This document shows positions 19,202-29,497 of a DNA stretch of 64,000 nucleotides, in pieces; position 1 is the stretch's first letter; each line of letters begins with the position of its first letter. The notes under the pieces were generated by a model. It was given only the letters and a program-made list of their open reading frames with translations. It was not told the origin of the DNA and searched no databases. The translations under genes were made by a program, and so were the position numbers. The DNA is from Patescibacteria group bacterium (GTDB lineage Bacteria > Patescibacteriota > Patescibacteriia > UBA9934 > GWF2-40-263), in contig JBAZTR010000003.1 of NCBI GenBank assembly GCA_041661745.1, positions 91,007-155,006 on the forward strand, in the 5' to 3' direction.

Positions 19202-19302
19202 GAAAAAAATTCCAAACCGCCATCACGGCGGTTTTTTGTTTTTTGTACACAGAACAAACCTTCCTGTTTTTAAAATAACCGTTTATAATAACGGACACAA
19301 TT

Positions 19303-20136
19303 ATGAAAATAAAAATCGCTGTCGTTCAGTTTAAGATCGCCCAACTCGATCCACAAAAAAATTATCAAAGGTTGGAACAGTTTGTTAAAAAGGCCCAAGC
19401 CAAAAAAGCGCAAATTGTCGTCTTTCCCGAAGATTGTATAAGCGGCTCCATTGAAGACTGCGCCACTGGAGAGAAAAATGGTTTTAAAAAATGGCTTGAT
19501 ACAGATGGCCAGACTAAAAAATTTTTTCAGGGCCTGGCTGTTAAATATAATATCGACATCGTTAGCGGCTCGAATACTGAACTCGTCGGAAAGAAAATTT
19601 TTAACACCACTTATTACATAGACTCTCAAGGTAAAATTTTGGGTCAGTACCGAAAAAATCATCTTTATAAAACAGAAAGGTCATTTATCACAGCGGGAAA
19701 TAAAACCTCGGTTTTCAAAACCGCTTGGGGTAAGGTCGGTCTGGCTATTTGCTGGGATATTACTTTCGCCGACATCTTTAAAAAGATGTCTAAGGCTGGA
19801 GTTAAAATGATTTTTTGTCCAAGTTATTGGTGGCGCGGCATTTCAGAAGATGCCTACACTCTTAACCGTCGTTATCAAGAAAAGGCTATCGATGCTCTGT
19901 GTTTAACTAGGGCCTTTGAAACAAAAAGTGTCTTTGTTTATGCCAACGCGGCCGGTAAAGCCGTCTACAAAAACAAAACCAGTGATGTTTTGATTGGTCA
20001 CTCGCAAATTACCATGCCAATTTTAGGGGTGGTTAAAAAACTTAATCACAATTGGGAAAGCATGTTTATCCAGGAAGTCGATCTGGGCCTGCTTGATAAG
20101 GCAAAGAAAATCTTCCACAACAAAAAGAGAGGTTAG
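19303..20136 (+). CDS. Carbon-nitrogen hydrolase (nitrilase family)
   Basis: FPE, YRK.HL and ICWD catalytic triad motifs. Confidence 0.9.
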   Translation: MKIKIAVVQFKIAQLDPQKNYQRLEQFVKKAQAKKAQIVVFPEDCISGSIEDCATGEKNGFKKWLDTDGQTKKFFQGLAVKYNIDIVSGSNTELVGKKIFNTTYYIDSQGKILGQYRKNHLYKTERSFITAGNKTSVFKTAWGKVGLAICWDITFADIFKKMSKAGVKMIFCPSYWWRGISEDAYTLNRRYQEKAIDALCLTRAFETKSVFVYANAAGKAVYKNKTSDVLIGHSQITMPILGVVKKLNHNWESMFIQEVDLGLLDKAKKIFHNKKRG

Positions 20137-20184
20137 CAAACAAAAAAGCCTTGTTAAAAACAAGGCTTTTTTAAATTAATTTTA

Positions 20185-20802
20185 TTATGGCATGCGCAAA
20201 CGCCTTTTGATTGGAAGTAATAAAAGTGCCCCAATAATTCCAACAACCGTCAGTCCAATAATAAGAGTTGGAAAACCCATGGTCATGACCAAAACTCCAC
20301 CAATGGTCGCGGCTAAAGCCGAACCGAGGTCGGTTAGCATAAAATAAATTCCCCATTCGACCCCGACTCTTTCCTCGGAAATATGTCTGGTAAAAATTGC
20401 CATGAAAGATGGAAAAGCCATGGCCGCTCCGACCCCTAATAAAAATTCAACAACATAAAGCTGAAATGGGGTGTGAATAAACAAAAAGGCTAAAGGAATA
20501 ATGGCAGAAAAGAAGGTGCCAATAAACATTATTAAAAAATCATCACGCTCACCTTTTATTTTGTCCATCAAGTGGGCAAAAGGAACTTGTAATAAACTTT
20601 TAGAAAGCAAAAACACCGTGGCGGCAATACCAACAACCATGGCGTTGGCTCCAACAATATAATTTTCAATAAAAAGAGCGAAGACTGGCCCAAGAAGGCC
20701 TTTAGCACTAATAAAAACAACGTCGGAAATAATCAGAAATCTAATTGTTAACCCGGTATCAGCCAACAAATACTTTCGAAGAGGAACAGAGAAACGCCCC
20801 AT
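20185..20802 (-). CDS. Half-size MFS transporter-like membrane protein
   Basis: Six TM; HLMDKIKG loop resembles MFS motif A. Confidence 0.7.
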   Translation of the reverse strand: MGRFSVPLRKYLLADTGLTIRFLIISDVVFISAKGLLGPVFALFIENYIVGANAMVVGIAATVFLLSKSLLQVPFAHLMDKIKGERDDFLIMFIGTFFSAIIPLAFLFIHTPFQLYVVEFLLGVGAAMAFPSFMAIFTRHISEERVGVEWGIYFMLTDLGSALAATIGGVLVMTMGFPTLIIGLTVVGIIGALLLLPIKRRLRMP

Positions 20803-20852
20803 AGCGCAAATAAAGAAAAAATAGTATATTAATGACAGTAATATTTTACCCT

Positions 20853-21722
20853 ATGAAGATAAGAAAAGCTATTATCCCGGTCGCGGGCATGGGCACCCGT
20901 TTTTTACCGGCTTCCAAGGCCCAGCCAAAGGAAATGTTGGCCGTAGTCGATAAGCCCATCATTCAATATATCGTGGAGGAAGCGGTAGCCGCCGGCATTG
21001 AAGAAATTATTTTCGTTACCGCCATCGGCAAGCGAGCGATTGAAGATCATTTTGATCGCAACTTCGAGTTGGAGTATCGCTTGGAACAAAAAAACAAAAT
21101 CAAAGAGCTTAAAGAAATCCAAAGCATTGGTAAACTGGCCAAGTTTGCTTTTGTCCGTCAAAACAAACCGCTGGGCGATGGCCATGCTGTGCTCTCAGCC
21201 TTACCGTTTATTGAAAAACACGAGCCTGTAGCCGTGCTGTTTGGCGATGACATTATTGATAGCAAGGTGCCGGCCATCAAACAGTTGATTGAGGTTTACG
21301 AAAAATATCAGGATCCGGTCATGGCTTTACAAAAAGTTCCAAAAAAACTAGTTCCCAGCTTTGGGGTTATTGGTGGTAAAAAAGTTGATACAAAAACCTG
21401 GCAAATCGATCGTTTTGCCGAAAAACCAGCTTTGAAAGAGGCACCCTCTGATTTAATCGTCATCGGCCGTTATGTCTTGACTCCGGAAGTTTTGACCCTG
21501 CTCAAAGACACCAAACCCGGCAAGGATGGTGAAATTCGCCTAGCCAACGCTTTCGAAACTTGGCTTTCCATGAACCGTGCACTGTACGGCTGTGCTTACG
21601 AAGGAACTTGGTACAACTGCGGAAACAAACTGGGTTTTCTTATGGCTCAAGTTGAATTGGGTCTTAAACACCCGGAGGTTGGTAAGGATTTCAAAAATTA
21701 TCTCAAAAAATTCCTTGGTTAA
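20853..21722 (+). CDS. galU: UTP-glucose-1-phosphate uridylyltransferase
   Basis: KAIIPVAGMGTRFLPASKAQPKEML, PLGDGHAV, EKP motifs. Confidence 0.92.
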   Translation: MKIRKAIIPVAGMGTRFLPASKAQPKEMLAVVDKPIIQYIVEEAVAAGIEEIIFVTAIGKRAIEDHFDRNFELEYRLEQKNKIKELKEIQSIGKLAKFAFVRQNKPLGDGHAVLSALPFIEKHEPVAVLFGDDIIDSKVPAIKQLIEVYEKYQDPVMALQKVPKKLVPSFGVIGGKKVDTKTWQIDRFAEKPALKEAPSDLIVIGRYVLTPEVLTLLKDTKPGKDGEIRLANAFETWLSMNRALYGCAYEGTWYNCGNKLGFLMAQVELGLKHPEVGKDFKNYLKKFLG

Positions 21723-21732
21723 TTTTCAAAAT

Positions 21733-23103
21733 ATGCGACGACTTTTGTCCTTTTTGCTTCTTCTAACCCTTTTACCTTTAATGGGTGCCGGCTGTGGTCA
21801 GTCCCAAGCCGAAAAAGAAGCGGCCTTGCCGGTGACTCTTCAAGTATGGAGCGTTTTTGAAGATCAAGACGCTTTTGAGGAACTAATGAACGCGTATCGA
21901 ACCGTTCATTCCAATGTTTCTTTTAACATGAAGCTTCTTCGCTACGATGAGTACGAGGACGAGTTACTGCAGGCCTTTGCCCGCGGTGAGGGCCCGGATA
22001 TTTTTTCGATTCACAACACCTGGCTTGGTGAATATAAAGATTTAATAACTCCACTGCCAGCCTCGTTGTCTATTCCCTACACCGAAACAACGGGAACTAT
22101 AAAAAAAGAAACCGTTACCACCTTGCGTGAGGAAAAAGCTATTACTCAGCAGGAACTTAAAAACAATTATGTCGATGTAGTGTCTGATGATTTAATTCAA
22201 TCATATCAACCTGACCCAAACAAAGATGCCGAAGACAAAATTTTCGCCATTCCTCTTTACGTCGATACTTTGGTTCTATATTCCAACACTGATATCTTAA
22301 ATTCCGCCAATATTGCCGAACCGCCTGCGACTTGGCAGCTGTTTCAAGATCAGGTCAAACTTATCACTAAGGTAAATACCAATGGTGATATCACCCAATC
22401 GGCAGCAGCCTTCGGGGCCGGTGAGAATGTGGAGCGTTCCATGGATATTTTGTCAGTACTCATGATGCAAAACGGCACGGTTATGGAAAAGAATGGCAAA
22501 GCTGTCTTTTCCGAGCAAACCGAAGATCGTCGCACTCCGTCCTCCGAAGCTTTAAGCTTCTACTCTGCTTTTGCTAACCCGGTAAAAGATGTTTATACCT
22601 GGAATTCGGATATGACCGATTCTTTTGACGCTTTTGTTAACGGTGAAACGGCTTTCTTTTTTGGCTACGCTTATCATTTGCCGCTTATAAAACAGCAAGC
22701 GTCAAAACTTGAATATCGTATTTCCGCCCTGCCACAAATTGAAAACGGAAAAAATGTTAATTTTGCCAACTACTGGGCTTGGACAGTTTCTAAAGCCTCG
22801 AACAATTCCAAGTGGGCTTGGGATTTCATTCAGTATGCCGCCAAGAAAGAAAATGTCTCAACTTATCTTGAAAACACTGTCCGCCCCACAGCCTTGCGCG
22901 GACTTATTGCCGAGCAATCAGAAGATGATGACTTGGGTATCTTTGCCAACCAGCTTTTAACAGCCGAAAGTTGGTATCATGGAAACAATGCCAATGTGGT
23001 TGAGGAAGCTTTTATTTCTTTAATCGATAGTTCTATTACTTCCGGTCTTGAACTTGGAGACTTAATCAGAGAAGCAGAAAATAAAGTTAATCAGACTTAT
23101 TAA
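21733..23103 (+). CDS. Extracellular solute-binding lipoprotein (sugar-binding family)
   Basis: Lipobox LMGAGC; GEGPDIF and PPATW motifs. Confidence 0.8.
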   Translation: MRRLLSFLLLLTLLPLMGAGCGQSQAEKEAALPVTLQVWSVFEDQDAFEELMNAYRTVHSNVSFNMKLLRYDEYEDELLQAFARGEGPDIFSIHNTWLGEYKDLITPLPASLSIPYTETTGTIKKETVTTLREEKAITQQELKNNYVDVVSDDLIQSYQPDPNKDAEDKIFAIPLYVDTLVLYSNTDILNSANIAEPPATWQLFQDQVKLITKVNTNGDITQSAAAFGAGENVERSMDILSVLMMQNGTVMEKNGKAVFSEQTEDRRTPSSEALSFYSAFANPVKDVYTWNSDMTDSFDAFVNGETAFFFGYAYHLPLIKQQASKLEYRISALPQIENGKNVNFANYWAWTVSKASNNSKWAWDFIQYAAKKENVSTYLENTVRPTALRGLIAEQSEDDDLGIFANQLLTAESWYHGNNANVVEEAFISLIDSSITSGLELGDLIREAENKVNQTY

Positions 23104-23104
23104 T

Positions 23105-23749
23105 ATGCGTCTTTTTATTGTTTCAATCTTTGCGGTTTTACTCCTTGCCCCCTTCGCGGTTTTGGCCGATGCCCAAACCGGTACGTGTGATGTTGCCGGT
23201 GGAGTAACCGATGTCAAAGATGTTGGAATATTTCTATCCGGCGTCTGTAACGAATGTTGGAACGAGGGTAATTGTAGTTTAACCGATTTCATGACCGTTG
23301 TTGCCAATACCGGCAACTTTATTTTGAGCATTATCGCCGGTCTGGTTTTCTTAGTCTACATTTTGGGTGGCTTCTTCTGGATCATTGCCCATGGTGATAA
23401 AGGCATGGTGGAAAAAGGGAAAAAATGGATTAAAAACGCCACCGTTGGTTTGGTCATTGTCCTTTTTGCCTACACTGGAGTGGTTGCCTTGCGGGCGGCC
23501 ATTACCGGCGAAACCGCAAGTACTGGATATGTCATCTGCTCAGGAGCAGACACTGATGGCGATTCGTGTGCCGCCAATTCAAAGTGTGATGGTTTCTCTT
23601 GTGTCAGCTCTTGTGAAAAATCATCTGATGGGGCTATGTGCACCGACGCGGAAACAGCCGCCACTTTCAAAAACACCGAATACTCTTGTACCGATGGCAC
23701 ATCATCCTGCCCCGCGGATTCACAAAAATGTTGCACTCCGGTTCCGTAA
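23105..23749 (+). CDS. TrbC/VirB2-like pilin with Cys-rich C-terminal extension
   Basis: GGFFWIIAHGD..VEKGKK.I.NA.VGL pilin core; Cys-rich tail. Confidence 0.75.
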   Translation: MRLFIVSIFAVLLLAPFAVLADAQTGTCDVAGGVTDVKDVGIFLSGVCNECWNEGNCSLTDFMTVVANTGNFILSIIAGLVFLVYILGGFFWIIAHGDKGMVEKGKKWIKNATVGLVIVLFAYTGVVALRAAITGETASTGYVICSGADTDGDSCAANSKCDGFSCVSSCEKSSDGAMCTDAETAATFKNTEYSCTDGTSSCPADSQKCCTPVP

Positions 23750-23761
23750 AATTAAAATAAT

Positions 23762-24097
23762 ATGTCTTTAAAAAAAATATTTTTCTCTCTATCCGTTCTC
23801 GGTCTTGGATCTTTACCCTTCACTGCCTCGGCCGTGGCTTTAACTAATCCTCTCGGCACTACGGACATTCGTGTCTTGGCCGGCAACATTATCAAGGCGG
23901 TTTTGGGTCTGGCTGGCGTGGCCGCATTTTTAATGTTTATCTGGGGCGGGGCGCAATGGATTATTTCCGGTGGCAAAAAAGAAACCATTGAAAAAGGAAA
24001 ACAAACGGTTGTTTGGGCAACGTTGGGCCTAGTTTTTATCTTTGTCTCCTACGCCGCTCTCTATACTCTGCTTGCGATTATCGGTTCGGCTTCTTAA
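23762..24097 (+). CDS. TrbC/VirB2-like pilin
   Basis: LTNPLG, IWGG.QWI.SGG...IEKGK. Confidence 0.8.
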   Translation: MSLKKIFFSLSVLGLGSLPFTASAVALTNPLGTTDIRVLAGNIIKAVLGLAGVAAFLMFIWGGAQWIISGGKKETIEKGKQTVVWATLGLVFIFVSYAALYTLLAIIGSAS

Positions 24098-24206
24098 AAA
24101 ACACTTTAGTTTTCCACACCCCCTCGTCCTCTTCGTCCTCTTCGTCCCCCCAAACCCCTTAAATGTGCTATAATAAACTCGTTTTAAAAAATCTTAATTA
24201 ATTATT

Positions 24207-24599
24207 ATGACAAAACTCAAAACCCTATTAGCTGGCCTGACCATTTTCGTCTTGTCAGCCCCGATCGCGCGTGCCGATGTTGTCACTGTTAACGAAATGT
24301 TTGGTGGCAACGCTGGCGATGAATTCGCCAACGAAGCTGGCCTTGGGGCCGGCGACCTCACTTCGACCATTGCCAACCTTATCCGCGTTGGTCTTGGCTT
24401 CCTCGGTATCGTCGCCGTCGTTATCATTCTCATCGGCGGTTTCAAGTGGGTAACAGCTGGTGGTGAGGAAGAAAAAGTTAAGAAAGCTAAAAAGTATATC
24501 TTCCAAGGCTTAATTGGTTTGGTCATTGTCTTGGCCGCTTACGCCATTGCCACCTTTGCTTTGGGTGCGATTACTACAGCCATGAATTCGTCCGTTTAA
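24207..24599 (+). CDS. TrbC/VirB2-like pilin
   Basis: GGFKWVTAGGEEEKVKKAKK.I..G.IGL. Confidence 0.8.
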   Translation: MTKLKTLLAGLTIFVLSAPIARADVVTVNEMFGGNAGDEFANEAGLGAGDLTSTIANLIRVGLGFLGIVAVVIILIGGFKWVTAGGEEEKVKKAKKYIFQGLIGLVIVLAAYAIATFALGAITTAMNSSV

Positions 24600-24669
24600 A
24601 AAATTCTCCCCCTTTTACAAAAAGGGGGATAACGCGAGCTGGTGAGTTTTTACCTCACCAATTCACGTT

Positions 24670-24999
24670 ATGAACGATTCAAAACTTCTTGCCGCGGCGA
24701 TTGATACGGTAACCGAGGGCTTGACTGTAACCGGCAGTACCGCTGGTTTTTCAAACCAAACACTCATCGATCTTATTCCCGGAGCAATCAATGTTCTTTT
24801 AGGACTTTTGGGAATTGTTGCTTTAGCTTTTACAATCTACGCTGGTATTCTCTACTTAACTTCACAAGGCAATAAAGACGCGGTGGAAAAAGCAAAGAAG
24901 GTTCTTACCTATTCGGCTATTGGCATGGTTCTAATTGTTGCTTCCTATGCCATTTCCAACTATCTCTTAGGCGCTCTAATTTCACTCTTCTCTGAATAG
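24670..24999 (+). CDS. TrbC/VirB2-like pilin
   Basis: YAGILYLTSQG....VEKAKK. Confidence 0.8.
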   Translation: MNDSKLLAAAIDTVTEGLTVTGSTAGFSNQTLIDLIPGAINVLLGLLGIVALAFTIYAGILYLTSQGNKDAVEKAKKVLTYSAIGMVLIVASYAISNYLLGALISLFSE

Positions 25000-25056
25000 A
25001 TAGTCACTAAATTATTCCGTAAAAAATCTTTTAAAAAAAATAATTAATTTAAAAAT

Positions 25057-25449
25057 ATGAACAAAATTTTCGCAACAATAGTGGCTTTTGGGCAGGTCTA
25101 TCTACTCTTTCCTCTTATGGCCTCGGCAGCAGTTCCAACCGGTTTGAGCGGAGCCAATACCGGTTTAACAAATATCGCTACCAGCGCTAATATACAGAAC
25201 TCTGGAGATTTAACAGTGTTAATTGGTAAAGGTATCAATGTCATTCTTGGTCTTTTGGGTATCCTGTTCCTGATCTTTGTTCTCTACGCTGGTTTTCTTT
25301 ATTTGACTGCACAAGGTGCTGACGAGCCAGTTAAAAAAGCCAAAAAACTTCTTACTAACTCTATCATTGGTCTGGTTATCATAATTGCGGCCTACGCCAT
25401 TTCCAACTACGTCATTGGAGCGTTGACTTCCATAACCTCCGCTACCTAA
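25057..25449 (+). CDS. TrbC/VirB2-like pilin
   Basis: YAGFLYLTAQG....VKKAKK. Confidence 0.8.
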   Translation: MNKIFATIVAFGQVYLLFPLMASAAVPTGLSGANTGLTNIATSANIQNSGDLTVLIGKGINVILGLLGILFLIFVLYAGFLYLTAQGADEPVKKAKKLLTNSIIGLVIIIAAYAISNYVIGALTSITSAT

Positions 25450-25559
25450 AAAAATAAAACGCGTTTTGACCATTTGGCCAAGACGCGTTTTTTGTTTAAA
25501 CAAATACCCCGGCCCGCAAACATTTCTGTTGCGAACCGGGGGTGACGCTTCCCCACCCT

Positions 25560-26300
25560 CTAGAACGAGGGGGGGACGGAGAGTTCCTGCGGCCCGGGAA
25601 GATCTCCGAAGATTCTCCGGGTGATTTCGCCGGAATCGACCAGCCAGTAGCCGGGCCGACTCTCCGTGACTTCTCGGAGGACGAAGTTGGACGACGCCCC
25701 AGGGGTGCCGATCAACCAGATCGTGCCCTCCCCCGACCAGGTGACCGGGGTGCCGGACATCTCGACCTCGGAGACGCGATCGTCTCCGTTGAAGTTGCCG
25801 ACGACCGTCCGGACCCGACCGAACCGATCGATGACCGGGACGATCCCTTCGGGCCCGGCCACGGTGTAGGTCCGGCCGCGGTCCAGCTGGATCGTGGCGC
25901 AGTGGTCGCACTGCAGCCACCGGACCAGTCCCAGGGGGTTGTAGGAAAACGCCCGGAGCGGCGGGTCCATCATCTCCGGCGCCTGGACACCGCCGACCGG
26001 GAAGGCCGGGGGCATCGGGCGGATGACAGGAACCGGCTCGGGGACGGACGCAGGCTTGGCGGCCACGGCCAACTTGGCCTCGGCCGCGTCCGCGCGCCAC
26101 TGGGCCCACGCGAGGTCGACGGTCTGGATGCAGTCCTGGTCGTCGCCGACGCAGGCCTGCTTCAGCGTCAAGTAGCAGTCGATCGGATCGACCGCTTCCT
26201 TGCACGCCCCGAGCTCGGCCGCGGTGGCGGCGAGGGCGGAGGTGGAGGCGAAGAACGCGATGATGGCCGCGGCGAGGGCGGCGAGGATGGAACGGATCAT
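25560..26300 (-). CDS. GC-rich hypothetical secreted protein
   Basis: Signal peptide (..STSALA), SD GGAG, paired Cys, Pro-rich linker. Confidence 0.65.
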   Translation of the reverse strand: MIRSILAALAAAIIAFFASTSALAATAAELGACKEAVDPIDCYLTLKQACVGDDQDCIQTVDLAWAQWRADAAEAKLAVAAKPASVPEPVPVIRPMPPAFPVGGVQAPEMMDPPLRAFSYNPLGLVRWLQCDHCATIQLDRGRTYTVAGPEGIVPVIDRFGRVRTVVGNFNGDDRVSEVEMSGTPVTWSGEGTIWLIGTPGASSNFVLREVTESRPGYWLVDSGEITRRIFGDLPGPQELSVPPSF

Positions 26301-26351
26301 GGTGAATCTCCAGAAAACGGAAGGGATGGATTGGATTGGACCGGAGCCAGA

Positions 26352-26771
26352 TTACTCGCCGGACTCCAGGATGACCCGGAAGTCGGCGCGCGACCTCTCG
26401 AGTTCGACTCGCACCTTCTCGAGCTCCAGGAGGAGCTGCCGGTCGATAACGAGCGTTGCACCACGGCTGTCCATGGCCTGGGTCATGCCCGACTGCTGGA
26501 GAGAGACCCAGTCGGTGAGACGGGCTCCCGGCGTGGCGGACCACGCCTCGAACGGGAAGAGCCATCCGCACTGGCTGGGGTTCACCATGCATGCCGCCTG
26601 CGCTTCGGCCAGGGTGTACCTGGCGGAGGCGTCGATCACGACGGCCGCGCCACGGGGCGTGACCGCGCGAGCGGCCGCCTCGAGTTCGCCATTGACTCCC
26701 CGATGCACAGAGACGCACCCGTTGAGGACGAACAGTACGGCGAGAACGAGGACGGAGAGGATGGAACGCAT
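26352..26771 (-). CDS. GC-rich hypothetical lipoprotein
   Basis: SD AAGGAG, lipobox VLNGC. Confidence 0.65.
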   Translation of the reverse strand: MRSILSVLVLAVLFVLNGCVSVHRGVNGELEAAARAVTPRGAAVVIDASARYTLAEAQAACMVNPSQCGWLFPFEAWSATPGARLTDWVSLQQSGMTQAMDSRGATLVIDRQLLLELEKVRVELERSRADFRVILESGE

Positions 26772-26911
26772 GGATGCTCCTTGGCGCAATGCACCTGAAC
26801 GGATTGTGGTTGGTTGAGTTGGTTTTCAGGTTGAAAAGAACCGAAGAAGCAGCAAAATTTCCTTTGTTTAGCGGCTTTTTTGGTTCTTCTAAGCTTTCAA
26901 AAGTACTCAAT

Positions 26912-26940
26912 AATATATCACAAAATTGGGGTTTTGTCAA
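26912..26940 (-). promoter_or_regulatory. Sigma70 promoter for the GC-rich two-gene unit
   Basis: TTGACA-17-TATATT with TG extension; boxA-like CGGTTCTTT at 26835-26843. Confidence 0.7.
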
Positions 26941-26982
26941 GGCATGCGACTGAAGAATTTATCTAATTTAAGCTAATTTTAG

Positions 26983-27037
26983 TTCTCCCTCCCTCATATA
27001 ACTCTTGTTTTTTATATGGGGGAGGGATGGGGAGAGG
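26983..27037 (+). repeat. REP-like palindrome (TTCTCCCTCC...GGAGGGATGGGGAGAGG family)
   Basis: Same arms as 30913-30957 (inverted); related to 59127-59168. Confidence 0.75.
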
Positions 27038-27088
27038 AAAAAATAAAAGCCCCAGCCTGAGTTAACAAGCCGGGGCGAGGAGTCGGGC

Positions 27089-29497
27089 CTAGTGCCCGGA
27101 ACTCCTGAGACAGGTCGCATGGTTCACCGGATCCTGGATCCGGGAACAGTCGATCTGCTTCCGCTTCCCCGAAGGAGTCGAGGCAGCGGGCGGGTGGGAC
27201 GTGGTGGCTGTAGTGGGTGCCACCTGGGAACTGGCGGCCGCGGGCTGGCTGGGCACCGCGGTCGGGGCGGCTGGAGCCGGCTGAACGATCTGGGCCGACG
27301 TGTTCGGGTCGTCGCCGAATCCGAATTTACAGTCAACCAAGAGCGACACGCCGACGATCAGGAACACCAGCGAGCCGAACAGGACGGCCAGAATGGCCAG
27401 GTACGAACCAGCGGCTCGGAAGCCGCGTGCTGTTCCGCTCTGGCTCTCGTCCTGAGCACCGAGAACGGCCAGGAGCAAGCCACCAGCCACAGCCACAGCC
27501 GGCGACACCACCAGGATCCAGGCCCAGAACGTGTGGGAGCAACCCCACATGGAGGGGACCGGAGCCGAGGAGGCAGTCGAGGCCGACTGTCCGCCGATGA
27601 CGCTGGCCAACTCTTCGGCCTGCGCCTTCTTGGCCTTGGCCTTGTCCAGCTCCTCTGGGAACCGGTCAGGCTTCAGGTCGTACGTGAAGTGGCCGAAGCC
27701 ATCCTCACGGACGCGGACTTCCAGAGCCCCCGGGAGGTTGGCGACCAACCGCGCTTCGGAGTAGACATGGCCATTGCTGACCGTGACCATTCCGTGCTTG
27801 GTGGCCGCGACGCCGAAGACCTCCTCGAGGGAGTACTCTCCGTCGTCCGTCTGGTCGTAGGGGTTGGAGTAGACGACCACGAACTCGTTGGTCGTTCCCT
27901 GCACCACCCTGGCCTCAACGGGTTCCCAGGCCCACTCGGTTCGGGCCATGAGAGCCGCTAGCACTGCGAAGAGCGGGATTGCTCCCACCCACGTGACGGT
28001 GCGGAGGAACTTGGACTCCCAGATGTCCATCCTCCTCACTTGGGAGTAGCCGACCACAGCCGCGGTCGACAGCATCGCGGCAACGATCAGGAGAGATCGT
28101 GCCTGAATGCCGCCAGCCAGACCAACTGTGATCAAGCCAACTGCCCCGAAGAAGAGGGTGAAGAACGCCCCGGAGAACCCGAGGTTCCGAAGCCACGGCA
28201 CCGAGGTCGTGGCTGGCGTGACGTTGAAGCCCAACCGCTGTCCGACGATTCGGAACTGATCCATGAACCAGTCCACCAACCCCTGGATGGGGATGAGGAG
28301 GAGCATGGAGATGGTGAGCAACACGGTGCCGGCCATCCACTTCCAGAGCTGGCCGTGGTACCAGCCGTCCAAGAAGAACATCTCGGCCGACCAGTAGGTG
28401 AAGCGCAGGTAGCCGTAGCCCAGAAGCCCGATCACGAGGAGCAAAATCCCGAAGATTCCAGCCACGACCGCGACGACCGCCTTCCAGTTCCTTTCGGAAA
28501 TCCAGTGAGAGATCCTGTCCGTGGCCGTGTCGAGGTGCCCGGCGAGCCTGTCCTTGAGGCGCGGATTGAACACCGCGTCCACCCGGCGCACGAAGCGCTG
28601 GTAGAGGTCGTTGGTCGGCTCGACGCCCTTCGTTCCTTCATTCAGAAGGTCCTTGAGCAAGCGGATCTTGCTCCAAGCATCCTCCTCGAAGGCACGCTGG
28701 ACGAGAGCCGCAGCCAGGCCCCTCTCGGACATGGCGCGGTCGACCAGGCGCCCGAAGACCCAGCGTTCCTCCTCGGACAGGGTGTCCTCGAAGGCCTTGG
28801 GCTTGGGCGGATCGATCGACGACGAGGAGCCGGCTCCGGTCATGAGGATCTTGACCAACGAGCCACCGCAGCACGGGCAGATCCGAAGACCCGTCTGCTT
28901 AGCGATTGCCTCCCAGTCAGCCTCATCGACGCGATACTTCTGGGCCGGACGGATAACCGTCTTCTTCGGCGACTTGGGATTGCTCATATCGACCGTGGCC
29001 ACCTCGGTGTTGGCCAACTCGAAAGCAGCGGTCCGCTGCAAGAGCTCGGCACACTTGCTTGTGGTGTGAAGGCCCATGGCGGCCGGCTCGATCCAGTACT
29101 TGTCCGGAGCCAACGGCTCCTTGGCCTTGGCATCGCTGCCGGCCTTGACCTTGATCTTGTCGGTCATCTCCTTGGTGAAGTCCAACCAGGACTTGGCACC
29201 ACCGACGACGACCGACTCGAGGATCTCGGTGAGGTACGGCTCGAAGACCGCCCCGATGGGGCCGATCTTGCGGAGGGCCGCCCTGACCGGCTCCTTGAAG
29301 GCTCCGGCCGTGGCTCCGGCACCGGCGATGACGCTCCACTTGGCCGGCTCCGGCATATTTGAGATGGCCACAGCCAGATTCTCGAGAGTCGGCGACTTGG
29401 TGATGGCCGAGGCCCCGAGGTGGGCGATGATCGCCTCACCGGTCTCGGAGATGGCAGTGGAGAGAGCAGCGGAGGAAACGGAAGATGCGGTAGACAT
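27089..29497 (-). CDS. Large GC-rich hypothetical multi-pass membrane protein
   Basis: Several TM helices, H..C...CPCC cluster, Pro/Ala/Thr-rich tail; own promoter TTGACA-17-TATAAA at 29647-29675. Confidence 0.7.
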   Translation of the reverse strand: MSTASSVSSAALSTAISETGEAIIAHLGASAITKSPTLENLAVAISNMPEPAKWSVIAGAGATAGAFKEPVRAALRKIGPIGAVFEPYLTEILESVVVGGAKSWLDFTKEMTDKIKVKAGSDAKAKEPLAPDKYWIEPAAMGLHTTSKCAELLQRTAAFELANTEVATVDMSNPKSPKKTVIRPAQKYRVDEADWEAIAKQTGLRICPCCGGSLVKILMTGAGSSSSIDPPKPKAFEDTLSEEERWVFGRLVDRAMSERGLAAALVQRAFEEDAWSKIRLLKDLLNEGTKGVEPTNDLYQRFVRRVDAVFNPRLKDRLAGHLDTATDRISHWISERNWKAVVAVVAGIFGILLLVIGLLGYGYLRFTYWSAEMFFLDGWYHGQLWKWMAGTVLLTISMLLLIPIQGLVDWFMDQFRIVGQRLGFNVTPATTSVPWLRNLGFSGAFFTLFFGAVGLITVGLAGGIQARSLLIVAAMLSTAAVVGYSQVRRMDIWESKFLRTVTWVGAIPLFAVLAALMARTEWAWEPVEARVVQGTTNEFVVVYSNPYDQTDDGEYSLEEVFGVAATKHGMVTVSNGHVYSEARLVANLPGALEVRVREDGFGHFTYDLKPDRFPEELDKAKAKKAQAEELASVIGGQSASTASSAPVPSMWGCSHTFWAWILVVSPAVAVAGGLLLAVLGAQDESQSGTARGFRAAGSYLAILAVLFGSLVFLIVGVSLLVDCKFGFGDDPNTSAQIVQPAPAAPTAVPSQPAAASSQVAPTTATTSHPPAASTPSGKRKQIDCSRIQDPVNHATCLRSSGH

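Noticed and set aside
25219-29362. Long alternative ORFs (25219..26940 -, 25542..26798 +, 27092..27961 +, 28040..29362 +)
   Set aside because: Arg/Pro/Gly-rich shadow frames expected in high-GC DNA; they overlap ORFs that have an SD, signal peptides and promoters.
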